Part shown: positions 1 through 8,669 of the stretch, in pieces
Position numbering within the stretch: the stretch's first letter is position 1
How the letters are laid out: every line of letters starts with the position of its first letter
Assembly: GCA_964505635.1 (NCBI GenBank)
Contig: CAZDIP010000002.1
Location: 165,843-229,842, forward strand
Length of the DNA: 64,000 nucleotides
DNA from: an uncultured Candidatus Saccharibacteria bacterium
GTDB lineage: Bacteria > Patescibacteriota > Doudnabacteria > UBA920
Direction of reading: 5' to 3'
Notes under the pieces: generated by a model
Databases searched by the model: none
What the model saw: the letters and a program-made list of their open reading frames with translations, nothing else
What the model was told of the DNA's origin: nothing
Position numbers and translations under genes: made by a program

Positions 1-150
1 CAAATATTTCCTCCTTAGGAAAATTCTTTGTGATTTTATAAACCAAAATCGCTAACTTATAAGCCTCCTGCCAGGCATACAAATCTCGGAAAGATTGAAT
101 TTTGTTTTCCGCCTTATACATTATACTTTATACCTTATACACTCTTATTT

Positions 151-1182
151 TTACTTAATAAGGTTCACCACCAACTTCACCATCACATCTTTTTGCCCTC
201 TGTCGCTTTCAGCCACCAGCAAAGCCAAAGCAGCCAAGGCCGTGTCGTTTATTTTTCTCTGGCCTTTTTTATTCATCAAAAAATTATTCTCTACCAAAAA
301 AATCAAAAATAGCAAAGAGCCTATGCGCTTGTTCCCGTCGGCAAACGGGTGGTCTTTTATGCAAAAATAAAATAAATGCGCGGCCTTCTCTTCTATGGAC
401 GGATATAGCTGCTTGCCTTCAAAAGTCTGTTCTATATTTCCAAGCAAGGCTTTAAATTTTTCCCCCACCTCTTGCCCAAACAGGCTGCCGGCTTCTTTTT
501 TTGCTTCCAGTCTTTTTTTGAACTGCAAAATTGTCTTTTGGATTTCTTCGTGCTTAAGGCACCTGGCCTGCTTTTTACTTACGTCCTGAATTTTTAGTTC
601 GCCTTTGTCATATAAATTTAAAACCGCCCAAGTGGTGGCGTAGTCGGAAATTATGCTTAAAAGCTCTTTTTCATAACCCGTCGCTTTTTGCGCTTCTATT
701 AAATTTTGGAATAACCTTGCCGTTTGCCGCAGTTCCGTTAACTGTAAATCATGCTCTTTTTTAAGCTCGTTTAACCTATTTTCATTAACAACAAAACCTT
801 TAACAATATAGTCTCTTAAGCGCTGAGTAGCCCAAATTCGGAACTGAGTGCCGCGTTTAGATCTTACTCTATAACCAACTGAAATTATTACATCCAGGTT
901 ATAATAACCAACTTCTCTTTCTACTTCTTTTAAGCCCTCCTTTCGAACTGCCCGGAATTTCCGGGTAGTTTGATTTTGGCTTAATTCAGCCTCTTTGTAT
1001 ACATTTTGAATATGTTCAGATATTGTATCCCTGTCTTTCCCAAAAAGTGCCGCCATTTGAGCTTGGTTCAGCCAAACTGTATCATTTTCCAACTTAACCT
1101 CAATTTCCGGCCCAACCTGGTCTTTGTATATAATAATTTCGCCCTTTTTTGTTTCTTGCATATGTTTATTAATAAACTTCAA
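151..1182 (-). CDS. Fic/Doc-family protein with N-terminal RhuM-like domain
   Basis: N-terminal YYNLDVIISVGYRVRS (RhuM family signature); C-terminal HPFADGNKRIGSLLF (Fic/Doc HPFx[DE]GNxR motif). Confidence 0.7.
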   Translation of the reverse strand: MKFINKHMQETKKGEIIIYKDQVGPEIEVKLENDTVWLNQAQMAALFGKDRDTISEHIQNVYKEAELSQNQTTRKFRAVRKEGLKEVEREVGYYNLDVIISVGYRVRSKRGTQFRIWATQRLRDYIVKGFVVNENRLNELKKEHDLQLTELRQTARLFQNLIEAQKATGYEKELLSIISDYATTWAVLNLYDKGELKIQDVSKKQARCLKHEEIQKTILQFKKRLEAKKEAGSLFGQEVGEKFKALLGNIEQTFEGKQLYPSIEEKAAHLFYFCIKDHPFADGNKRIGSLLFLIFLVENNFLMNKKGQRKINDTALAALALLVAESDRGQKDVMVKLVVNLIK

Positions 1183-1250
1183 AAACTATATAAATTTTTT
1201 TCTTTATTCTTCAAAATACATAAATATAATACATAAATCCGGATTTAAAA

Positions 1251-4097
1251 TTATTTAATAGGATCCATCTCTCCCCAATTATCGCCCACTTTAGCTTCAG
1301 CCTTAATAGGAACGGATAAAGAAATTGCTTCTTCCATTAACTTCTTTATTATTTTGGCATAATGTTCTACCTTATCTTCCTTAACCTCAAATACCAATTC
1401 ATCATGCACCTGTAATAAATTTCGGATTTCGGATTTCGGATTTCGGATTTCTTTATGTATGTTTATCATCGCCACCTTTATTACATCTGCCGCCAAACTT
1501 TGTATGGGGAAATTAACCGCTGCCCTTTCCGCAGCCGCCCGAATAAAAAATTGGGAAGATTTAATTTCCGGAAACTTGCGCATTCGGCCTAATTCATTTC
1601 TCACAAAACCTTCCTGGTTAACCTGCAATTTAATTTGTTCAATATATTCTTCCACTTGCGGATAAGCTTTAAAATATTTTTCTATATACTGCTTGGCGTC
1701 CGCCCTGCTCATTTCACCCACGCGGGCAGAAAGCCCAAAACTGGACACGCCGTATAAAATGCCAAAGTTAATAGTTTTGGCATCGCGGCGCATATCTTTA
1801 GTTACTTGGGCGGCCTCAACTCCAAAAATTTCCATGGCGGTTTTTTCGTGAATATCTTCTTCGTCCTTAAACACCTGCATCATTTTTTTGTCTTGGGCCA
1901 AATGCGCGACTATTCGAAGTTCAATTTGCGAATAGTCCAAACTCAAAAGCTTAAAGCCTTTTTCTGCCACAAAAGCCTTGCGCACCTGGCTACCCAAACC
2001 TTCGCCCCTGACCGGGATATTTTGTAAATTGGGGTCAACAGAAGAAAGCCTGCCGGTAGCCGCAATCGTTTGGTTGTAACTGGTATGCAGCCGGCCGGTT
2101 TTTTTATTTACCATTTGGGGCAGCGTTGTTAAATAGGTGCTGTATAATTTCGCTACTTCCCTGTACTCTAAAATTTTTGGGATAATTTCGTGCTGTCCCA
2201 GCATTTTTTCCAAATTATCGGCCGAAGTGGACACTCCGGTTTTAGTACGCTTATTATTTATTGCTTCTAATTTTAGCTCGTCGAACAAAACTTCCTTAAG
2301 CTGCTTGGGGGAGGCGATATTAAATTCCCGGCCGGCTAATTTATAAATTTTGCCTTCCAAATCTTTTATAGAAATTTCCGCTTCCCCGGCCAGCTTGTTT
2401 AAAAGTTTAGTGTCTAATTTTATGCCGTTTAATTCCATGTCCGACAAAACTGCCACTAAAGGCATTTCTATTGTTTCAAAAACTTTAACAAGTCCGTTCT
2501 TTTTTAATTCCGGTTCAAATATTTCTTTAAGCCGCATTGTCATGTCCACATCTTCGCAGCAATACCAAGAAACTTTCTCTGGACTAACTTTGTCCATGGT
2601 AATTTGATCTTTGCCTTTGCCAATCAAATCTGTAATAGGCTGCATTTGGTAGCCCAGCTCGTTAAAAGCCAAGGCATCTAGCCCGTGCTGCCTGGTTCCG
2701 GCATTTAAAAGATATGAGGCTATCATCGTATCGAAGCTGATAACTGATAAATGATAACTGATAACTTTTAACACCTGTGCATCGTACTTTATGTTATGGC
2801 CGATTAGTTTTACTTTTCCAGACGTAAGTAAGGTTTTTAATTCAGGAGATGATAAAAATAGATCCGCGGGTACATAAAAAGCCTGGCCTGGCTTTACGCA
2901 AAAACCCACGCCCACCAATTCCGCGATAATTGGATCAAGCCCCGTGGTTTCCGTGTCAATTGATATTTCTGTAGTTTTCTGTAGTTCGGTAATTAATTTC
3001 TGTAGTTTTTCTTCCGTATCTACAAATATATAATCCTGTTTGCCAATAGCTTTTATTTCTTGATTCTGATCTGTAATGTCACCTCTTGCTACTTGATACT
3101 TGCCTGCCTCGCCGGCAGGCGGGCTTCCTGCTTCATTCTTCGGCAACTTCCCAAGCAAATTTCTAAATTCCAAGCTCTGAAACATCTTCACTGTCTTTTG
3201 CAAATGCTCCTGGTCTAATTCATACGCTTTAATTTCCGGGTCTATGCCCGGCACGTCGCAAATAATTTGCGAAAGTTCATACGACATTTTCGCCTGTTCT
3301 TCCTGTTCTTCTAAAAGCTTTAAAATTCTTTCTTTAATATTTTTTCGTGCTTGTGATTTTGGATTTCGGATTTGCTCATACAACTCTTTTATAGAATGGT
3401 ATTTTGAAATTAACTCGCTGCCTGTTTTTTCGCCAATGCCGCGCACGCCCGGGATGTTATCGCTCGGGTCGCCTCTTAAAGCTTTATAGTCCACCATTTG
3501 GTCGGGATTTAAGCCATAACGTTCCCTAACAGCCTTAGAGTCGTAAATTACAGTGTCGGTTAAGCCTTTTCTTGGCGCGTAAACCCTGACTTTGCCGTTT
3601 ACCAGCTGTAAAGTATCCATATCGCCGGTTAAAATAAATATCTCGGCATTCTCGTGGCTTTTGTCGTGAAAATGTTTGGACAAAGTTCCTAACACGTCGT
3701 CTGCCTCATAACCTTCCTTTTCATAAATTGGCACATTCATAGCCCTAAGCACGTCTTTAATTACCGGGATTTGGTCGTACAAAGCTTGGTCGGCCTTAAC
3801 CCTTGTTGCTTTATATTCTTTGTATTTTTCGTGCCTAAATGTAGGTCCGGCTAAATCAAAAGTCGCGGCTATGTGAGTAGCTTTTATATCCTTCATGGCC
3901 TTTAAAAATATAGTCAGAAAACCAAAAACTGCACCTGTTGGCCGTCCGTCTTTAGTGGTTAAATTAGGCAAAGCGTGATAGGCCCTGTGCACCAAGGCAT
4001 TCCCGTCTATTAAAAGATAGCGTTCACGCACACTTCCCCCTCTCCCTCTGGGAGAGGGTTGGGGTGAGGGTGAATTTTTAGATAGATATTCAGACAT
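1251..4097 (-). CDS. polA: DNA polymerase I
   Basis: 5'-nuclease N-terminus (LLIDGNALVHRAYHAL), 3'-5' exo and polymerase motifs (RRDAKTINFGILYG, LLQVHDELVFEV). Alternative GTG start at 4031 is preceded by a strong SD (AGGGGGAAG). Confidence 0.9.
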   Translation of the reverse strand: MSEYLSKNSPSPQPSPRGRGGSVRERYLLIDGNALVHRAYHALPNLTTKDGRPTGAVFGFLTIFLKAMKDIKATHIAATFDLAGPTFRHEKYKEYKATRVKADQALYDQIPVIKDVLRAMNVPIYEKEGYEADDVLGTLSKHFHDKSHENAEIFILTGDMDTLQLVNGKVRVYAPRKGLTDTVIYDSKAVRERYGLNPDQMVDYKALRGDPSDNIPGVRGIGEKTGSELISKYHSIKELYEQIRNPKSQARKNIKERILKLLEEQEEQAKMSYELSQIICDVPGIDPEIKAYELDQEHLQKTVKMFQSLEFRNLLGKLPKNEAGSPPAGEAGKYQVARGDITDQNQEIKAIGKQDYIFVDTEEKLQKLITELQKTTEISIDTETTGLDPIIAELVGVGFCVKPGQAFYVPADLFLSSPELKTLLTSGKVKLIGHNIKYDAQVLKVISYHLSVISFDTMIASYLLNAGTRQHGLDALAFNELGYQMQPITDLIGKGKDQITMDKVSPEKVSWYCCEDVDMTMRLKEIFEPELKKNGLVKVFETIEMPLVAVLSDMELNGIKLDTKLLNKLAGEAEISIKDLEGKIYKLAGREFNIASPKQLKEVLFDELKLEAINNKRTKTGVSTSADNLEKMLGQHEIIPKILEYREVAKLYSTYLTTLPQMVNKKTGRLHTSYNQTIAATGRLSSVDPNLQNIPVRGEGLGSQVRKAFVAEKGFKLLSLDYSQIELRIVAHLAQDKKMMQVFKDEEDIHEKTAMEIFGVEAAQVTKDMRRDAKTINFGILYGVSSFGLSARVGEMSRADAKQYIEKYFKAYPQVEEYIEQIKLQVNQEGFVRNELGRMRKFPEIKSSQFFIRAAAERAAVNFPIQSLAADVIKVAMINIHKEIRNPKSEIRNLLQVHDELVFEVKEDKVEHYAKIIKKLMEEAISLSVPIKAEAKVGDNWGEMDPIK
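4034..4075. repeat. GC-rich palindromic element (CCCTCTCCC-tct-GGGAGAGGG) at the polA 5' end
   Basis: Perfect 9-bp inverted repeat at 4038-4058 inside a GC-rich ~40-nt stretch that encodes the non-conserved SPSPQPSPRGRGG segment, or lies in the 5'UTR if the GTG start is used. Confidence 0.45.
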
Positions 4098-4140
4098 AAT
4101 CACATTATACCTAATTCCAAAAAGACGGTCATCATTTATC

Positions 4141-4203
4141 AAAAAATAAAAACAGGGGGAGGCGGGGGCGCTTGTGGCGCCCCGACCCCGATCCCTGTTT
4201 TCG
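4141..4203 (-). terminator. GC-rich hairpin terminator downstream of PEP-CTERM gene
   Basis: acagggggaggcgggggcgc/gcgccccgaccccgatccctgt imperfect long stem flanked by A/T runs. Confidence 0.45.
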
Positions 4204-4287
4204 AATGACGATGTCTTTACCGAGCCGGCGCCTATAGCGCCGGTAGTGCGCCCGCAGCTTGCGGGCATTGGTACGTTTTGGCATGGC

Positions 4288-5052
4288 CTAGCTCCTTCGG
4301 CGGAAAACGCCTACGGAGAGCAGTCCGAGACCAATCAGCCCCAACGATGCTGGTTCCGGCGTATCCGAAGGCTTTTCTGAAGGAAACACCGACGGAACCT
4401 GCGCATAGCCATACTTAGACCACTGCGTGGTGTGCATCTGCGCGTCAGGAAAACTCTCCTTAAACGCATATTGCCAGGTATCGCTGTTCTGATACTGGCC
4501 GAACATGTATGCTGTCCACCACCCGAAAGATTCGTAGCTGCGTTGAGCGTTGTTATTCCAGATGCTGGTCTGGGTGCACAATCCCAGGTCGTCGCAGGTA
4601 TAGTAATACGAGCTGAAAGACTTGGTCTTGTACGTGTCTACCGACGTGCTGCCACCGATAGACGAGTAGCCCGTCGTATCGGCGTAGGAGTACGTATTGT
4701 TCATTTGCGTGGTTACGGTTGAGGTGGACAGCTGACTGCCCGATCCCCAATCCGCCCCCCACATATCCACCCCGCTGTACTCGCCGTAGCTGTCCTGGTA
4801 GGAAACCGTTTTCCAGGAGTTGACCCAGAATACGTCCCGCGCAAACCACCCGTCGTAATATGAGCCATTGCCGGCTCCCGAGTCCGTTGTTGTGGTGCCG
4901 TAGGCCCACGTGCCAGAGTAGTTGCAGGACGTCACGGTGCCGTAGCTACACGGCTCGTTGTTGTACGTACCATAGCTGTAATTTTCCACCGTGATAGGGG
5001 TTGCGCTGGCCGTGGCCGCGAAAACAAAAAACAAAATCGTCAAAAAGTTCAT
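4288..5052 (-). CDS. PEP-CTERM sorting-domain secreted protein (S/T/Y/G/W-rich)
   Basis: N-terminal signal peptide MNFLTILFFVFAATASA. C-terminal PEPASLGLIGLGLLSVGVFRRRS (PEP motif, TM helix, Arg cluster). Local GC is markedly higher than flanks. Confidence 0.65.
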   Translation of the reverse strand: MNFLTILFFVFAATASATPITVENYSYGTYNNEPCSYGTVTSCNYSGTWAYGTTTTDSGAGNGSYYDGWFARDVFWVNSWKTVSYQDSYGEYSGVDMWGADWGSGSQLSTSTVTTQMNNTYSYADTTGYSSIGGSTSVDTYKTKSFSSYYYTCDDLGLCTQTSIWNNNAQRSYESFGWWTAYMFGQYQNSDTWQYAFKESFPDAQMHTTQWSKYGYAQVPSVFPSEKPSDTPEPASLGLIGLGLLSVGVFRRRS

Positions 5053-5212
5053 GGTGCCTCCTTATGGTTCCATGTGTCTGTTTGAGTCGTACGCAATTAA
5101 TGCCATCTTTTCGCCAAGTGGCTAAAGAAAAACATTTATATGTCACCACTGACTCGGTATAGTGACCTTATATTATACCTTATTTTAAGCTTTTTGTCAA
5201 TATCAAACAATA

Positions 5213-5238
5213 AAAAACCGCTTTTTTAAGCGGTAATA
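5213..5238 (-). terminator. rho-independent terminator after pilB
   Basis: accgctt-aaaaaa-aagcggt hairpin followed by a T-run on the minus strand. Confidence 0.6.
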
Positions 5239-5259
5239 AATTATTTATTTTGTTTATAC

Positions 5260-6912
5260 TTAATCCCCAGCTACCCGAAAAACCTCTTCCACATCCGTAA
5301 TACCTTCCAGAGCTTTTAAAAGCCCGTCCTGCAACATGCTAACCATGCCTTGCTGCACGGCAACTTTTTTAAATTCACTCATTGCCGCCTCTTTCATTAT
5401 TAAATCCTGAATTTTTTCATCCACTTCAATAATTTCATAAATCCCCAGCCGGCCTTTATAACCCAAATTATGGCACCTAAAACAACCCGGGCTATGGTAA
5501 AAAGTTAAATTTTTGGGCAATTTAATATCCAGGCTTTTTGGCAACGCACCAAGGGCATGCCGCACCCTTTCCATTAAAGTCGGCGAAAGAGCGTAATTAA
5601 CTTTACAGGCCTGGCAAATTTTTCTAACCAGTCTTTGAGCCAGTACAGCCGACAAAGCAGGACCCACCACAAACGGCTTTACTCCCATGTTAATAAGCCG
5701 GGGGATAGCGCCGGAAGCATCGTTAGTATGCAAAGTAGAAAAAACCAAATGACCGGTCAAAGCCGCCTGCATGGCTACTTCGGCCGTCTCCTGGTCTCTT
5801 ATTTCCCCCACCATTACAATGTCCGGATCCTGCCTGAGTATCGCTCGTAAACCTTTGGCAAAATTAAAATCCACGTTATGGTCTATGGGTGTTTGGACAA
5901 TGCCTTCCAATTTATACTCCACCGGGTCTTCCAATGTAATAATTTTTACCCCGGGTTTATTTAGTTTGCTAATAAATGAATACAATGTAGTTGTTTTACC
6001 GCTGCCTGTGGGGCCGGTTGTAACAATCATGCCGTTGGGCTTTTCTAAAATTTTGCTAACTATGGAAAGCACTTCCGGCCTAAAACCCAAAGTCCCGACT
6101 TCTAAGCTAACATCTCCCCGGCCAAGCAGCCTCATAACAATTTCTTCCCCGTAGGCACTGGGCAAAACCGATACGCGTACGTCTATGGGTTTTTGTAAAA
6201 AATAAAAAGTCGCCCTGCCGTCCTGCGGGGAATTCTCCACATTTAGTTTTAATTTGGAAATTATTTTTATTCTTGATACCAGGCCCTTATAAACGCTCCT
6301 GTCTAAATGCAGCATGTCTTGCAAAACTCCATCTATACGAAAACGCAATTTCAAAAAATGCTCTTCCGGCTCCAAATGGATATCTGAAGCTCCAAGGTGC
6401 ACGGCGGCGCCAAAAATAATATCTATTAACTCGGAGGAGGTTTTCTGTTTTTGTATTTCCGCAGATTTAAGACTTTCCAGAATTTTTTGGAAATCAACCT
6501 GTCCGGAAATCATTACAGTGTCTTCATGCCTTGCTGTGGGTCTTAAAATTTTAGCAAAAAATTTTTTAACCATTTCCAGGCTGGTTTTGGAAACCAGATA
6601 TAAAGTCACGGTATTAGTTTGCGACAATTCCTCAACCTTGGCCATCAGTCCCGAATTGTAAGGATCAACCATTCCTACTCTTAAATCTTGATTTTCTTTA
6701 TAAAAAGGCACGGCGCCAAAACTTTCAGCCTCTTTTAAAGTAAACATACCCAACACGTTTAAGTCCACCGGAAACCCCTTAAGGTCAACATAGGGCAAAC
6801 CCAAAGCCACCGCTTTTACACGCGTTTCCTCTTCTTCCATCTTGCGGTTTACATCACTCAAAGTACGCTGTAAATCCTGGGGCGTACTGGATAAAAAATT
6901 ATGTTTTGACAT
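5260..6912 (-). CDS. pilB: type IV pilus/type II secretion ATPase, GspE/PilB family
   Basis: Walker A GPTGSGKTTTLYSF; N-terminal GspII_E_N-like region; C-terminal CxxC...C zinc motif (CFRCHNLGYKG). Confidence 0.85.
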   Translation of the reverse strand: MSKHNFLSSTPQDLQRTLSDVNRKMEEEETRVKAVALGLPYVDLKGFPVDLNVLGMFTLKEAESFGAVPFYKENQDLRVGMVDPYNSGLMAKVEELSQTNTVTLYLVSKTSLEMVKKFFAKILRPTARHEDTVMISGQVDFQKILESLKSAEIQKQKTSSELIDIIFGAAVHLGASDIHLEPEEHFLKLRFRIDGVLQDMLHLDRSVYKGLVSRIKIISKLKLNVENSPQDGRATFYFLQKPIDVRVSVLPSAYGEEIVMRLLGRGDVSLEVGTLGFRPEVLSIVSKILEKPNGMIVTTGPTGSGKTTTLYSFISKLNKPGVKIITLEDPVEYKLEGIVQTPIDHNVDFNFAKGLRAILRQDPDIVMVGEIRDQETAEVAMQAALTGHLVFSTLHTNDASGAIPRLINMGVKPFVVGPALSAVLAQRLVRKICQACKVNYALSPTLMERVRHALGALPKSLDIKLPKNLTFYHSPGCFRCHNLGYKGRLGIYEIIEVDEKIQDLIMKEAAMSEFKKVAVQQGMVSMLQDGLLKALEGITDVEEVFRVAGD

Positions 6913-7000
6913 GCTTTTTGTTTCTCTCTGTGAAATAAAAACAACAACTGCCTTTATTATAGCATTTGTTGTTTATGCTTGTCCTCTGCTTTCAAAAATT

Positions 7001-8149
7001 TTAATGGCTGGCAAATAAGCGCGCGAGCTTGTTTTCCAACTCTACGACCGTGGTGTCTGAAAGCTCATACTGCCTGGTCCAATAAGGCATCAAGCCATGA
7101 ACCCCTATCTTTATAGGTTGGCCTAAAAGCTGGTCCACTATAGAAGGATCGACTTGAACATGCCCAGCAAACTGCAAAGAAAACTTTCCATTACTGTGCT
7201 CTCCGGCCAAACAGAGCATTTTGTAACCGCTAATGTTGTCTATCAGCTCCCGCAAAAGCATGGGTAAATTTTCAAGACCAGCGCCGGACTTTTCAAAATC
7301 CGTGGTCAACAAAATTGAAAACACACCCTTGCTTTCCTGAATCAATTTAAGCCTGGCCAAAGAACGCCCCCAGAGTCTCAAATAAGGTAATGACCGGGTT
7401 TTATATAAATGCCTGACAATTTCCTGCTGATGTCCGCCTAAATCCATTAAGCGCGCCGCCTGCAAAAAAACCTTGGGCGTAGTTTGTGGCCTTTGAAAAC
7501 TGTTAGTCTGGCTAATAATTCCGCATAAAAGGCAGGTGGCAATATCTTCGGTTACCAGTTCCTTACGAGTCGCTTCAAAAAGTTCGGTTAATATTTCCGC
7601 GACCGATGTAGCGTTAATGTCTACGATATTAACAGCCGCAAAGTATTCGTTGCCGGCATTAAAATCCAAATTAACTTTTGGGGTTTGAAAAAACAAGTCT
7701 CCGGCATCTTCAAATAACTTGCCCAAAACCGACAAATTTTCACAACCCAAAATAATAATTAGGTCATAAAAGTCGTTTTGAATTTCAAAACTTACATCTT
7801 CCTGAGCAAAAACCCCGGGTTCAGATTTTAAATAAATTTTTACCTGGTTTTCAAAAATGTCATAACTCAGCTCCTTTAGCTTGTTATTTTTAGTGTTTAT
7901 TACTAAAGCGCCGGATTTACCCGTAAAGACAGAGTTTTTAATGTCTTCTATTCTAGGCAAAAAACCTGCGATCTTCGGCAGCTTGCCCGAGGTCGCAATA
8001 TACGGAGTCTTTTCAAAACCCCTTAAAAAAGCAGCCAAACTTAGTGCGCTGGCTGTAAGGTCAACTGTTAAATCTTCCGGCAGCGCAATTAAGATATTTT
8101 TTGCCTTATTAATAGCATTTAAAAATTCTGTAAAAGTAGTTTTTTCCAT
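7001..8149 (-). CDS. DHH/DHHA1-family paralog (NrnA-like) with degenerate catalytic motifs
   Basis: Shares DIATCLLCGIIS, LYKTRSLPYLRLWGRSLARL and GHVQV with the NrnA at 53990-54970, but the N-terminal DHH aspartates are replaced (ALPEDLTVDLTAS). Confidence 0.5.
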   Translation of the reverse strand: MEKTTFTEFLNAINKAKNILIALPEDLTVDLTASALSLAAFLRGFEKTPYIATSGKLPKIAGFLPRIEDIKNSVFTGKSGALVINTKNNKLKELSYDIFENQVKIYLKSEPGVFAQEDVSFEIQNDFYDLIIILGCENLSVLGKLFEDAGDLFFQTPKVNLDFNAGNEYFAAVNIVDINATSVAEILTELFEATRKELVTEDIATCLLCGIISQTNSFQRPQTTPKVFLQAARLMDLGGHQQEIVRHLYKTRSLPYLRLWGRSLARLKLIQESKGVFSILLTTDFEKSGAGLENLPMLLRELIDNISGYKMLCLAGEHSNGKFSLQFAGHVQVDPSIVDQLLGQPIKIGVHGLMPYWTRQYELSDTTVVELENKLARLFASH

Positions 8150-8264
8150 AAATAAATGATTAAACAGTATAATTGATTCTTGCGCCTAAGTCAATATTAT
8201 TTAGGACACGCCTGCCGATGGCAAAAAGTTGCGGTATTAATAACAATTGGGTTAAAATAACCAC

Positions 8265-8669
8265 ATGAAGCCGGACATGCTGATAGAAATCAAAAATTCC
8301 AAAACAGCAGCGGAAAAAATAGCCCAAACCCTCAAGGGTGGAGAAATTATGGGGCTTATAGGCACTTTGGGCGCGGGAAAAACGACTTTTGTTCAACACC
8401 TTGGTAAGGTCCTTAATGTTAAACAGCGCATCACCAGTCCCGGTTTTAGCCTTATGAATATTTATTATGCTAAATTAAGCAGCGGGAAAAAAATTTACTT
8501 TTACCATTTGGATCTCTATAGGACGCGTAATTTTCGCGAGGTTAAAGACTTGGGCCTAACTGAGGTTTGGGGCAAAAAAAATGTAATTACCATTATTGAG
8601 TGGGCAAATAAAATTAACAAACATTTACCAACAAAAACCCGTATTTTAAAATTTTCCAATGAACATTAA
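8265..8669 (+). CDS. tsaE: tRNA threonylcarbamoyladenosine biosynthesis protein TsaE
   Basis: P-loop GLIGTLGAGKTTFVQ; size and context match the YjeE family. Confidence 0.8.
   Translation: MKPDMLIEIKNSKTAAEKIAQTLKGGEIMGLIGTLGAGKTTFVQHLGKVLNVKQRITSPGFSLMNIYYAKLSSGKKIYFYHLDLYRTRNFREVKDLGLTEVWGKKNVITIIEWANKINKHLPTKTRILKFSNEH

Noticed and set aside
95-370. 91-aa plus-strand ORF
   Set aside because: Lies antisense within the Fic/Doc gene; low-complexity hydrophobic translation.
1422-1451. Four tandem copies of the 8-nt unit TCGGATTT inside polA, also echoed at 3355-3375
   Set aside because: Lies within the conserved polymerase C-terminal coding region (encodes EIRNPKSEIRN just before LLQVHDELVFE) with no length difference relative to E. 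coli PolA. Not a CRISPR array, and not a convincing contingency repeat.
2741-3010. Short tandem duplications in polA (GATAACTGATAA x2; TTCTGTAGTT x3)
   Set aside because: Imperfect, in-frame, and encode ordinary low-complexity residues (VISYHLSVISF; LQK repeats). No spacer-repeat architecture, so treated as coding-sequence microduplications.
4174-4380. 68-aa plus-strand ORF downstream of the PEP-CTERM gene
   Set aside because: Overlaps the C-terminal coding end and terminator hairpins of the minus-strand PEP-CTERM gene; Arg/Pro-rich GC-frame artefact.
8160-8399. 79-aa minus-strand ORF
   Set aside because: Overlaps the tsaE start and the divergent promoter region; no supporting features.
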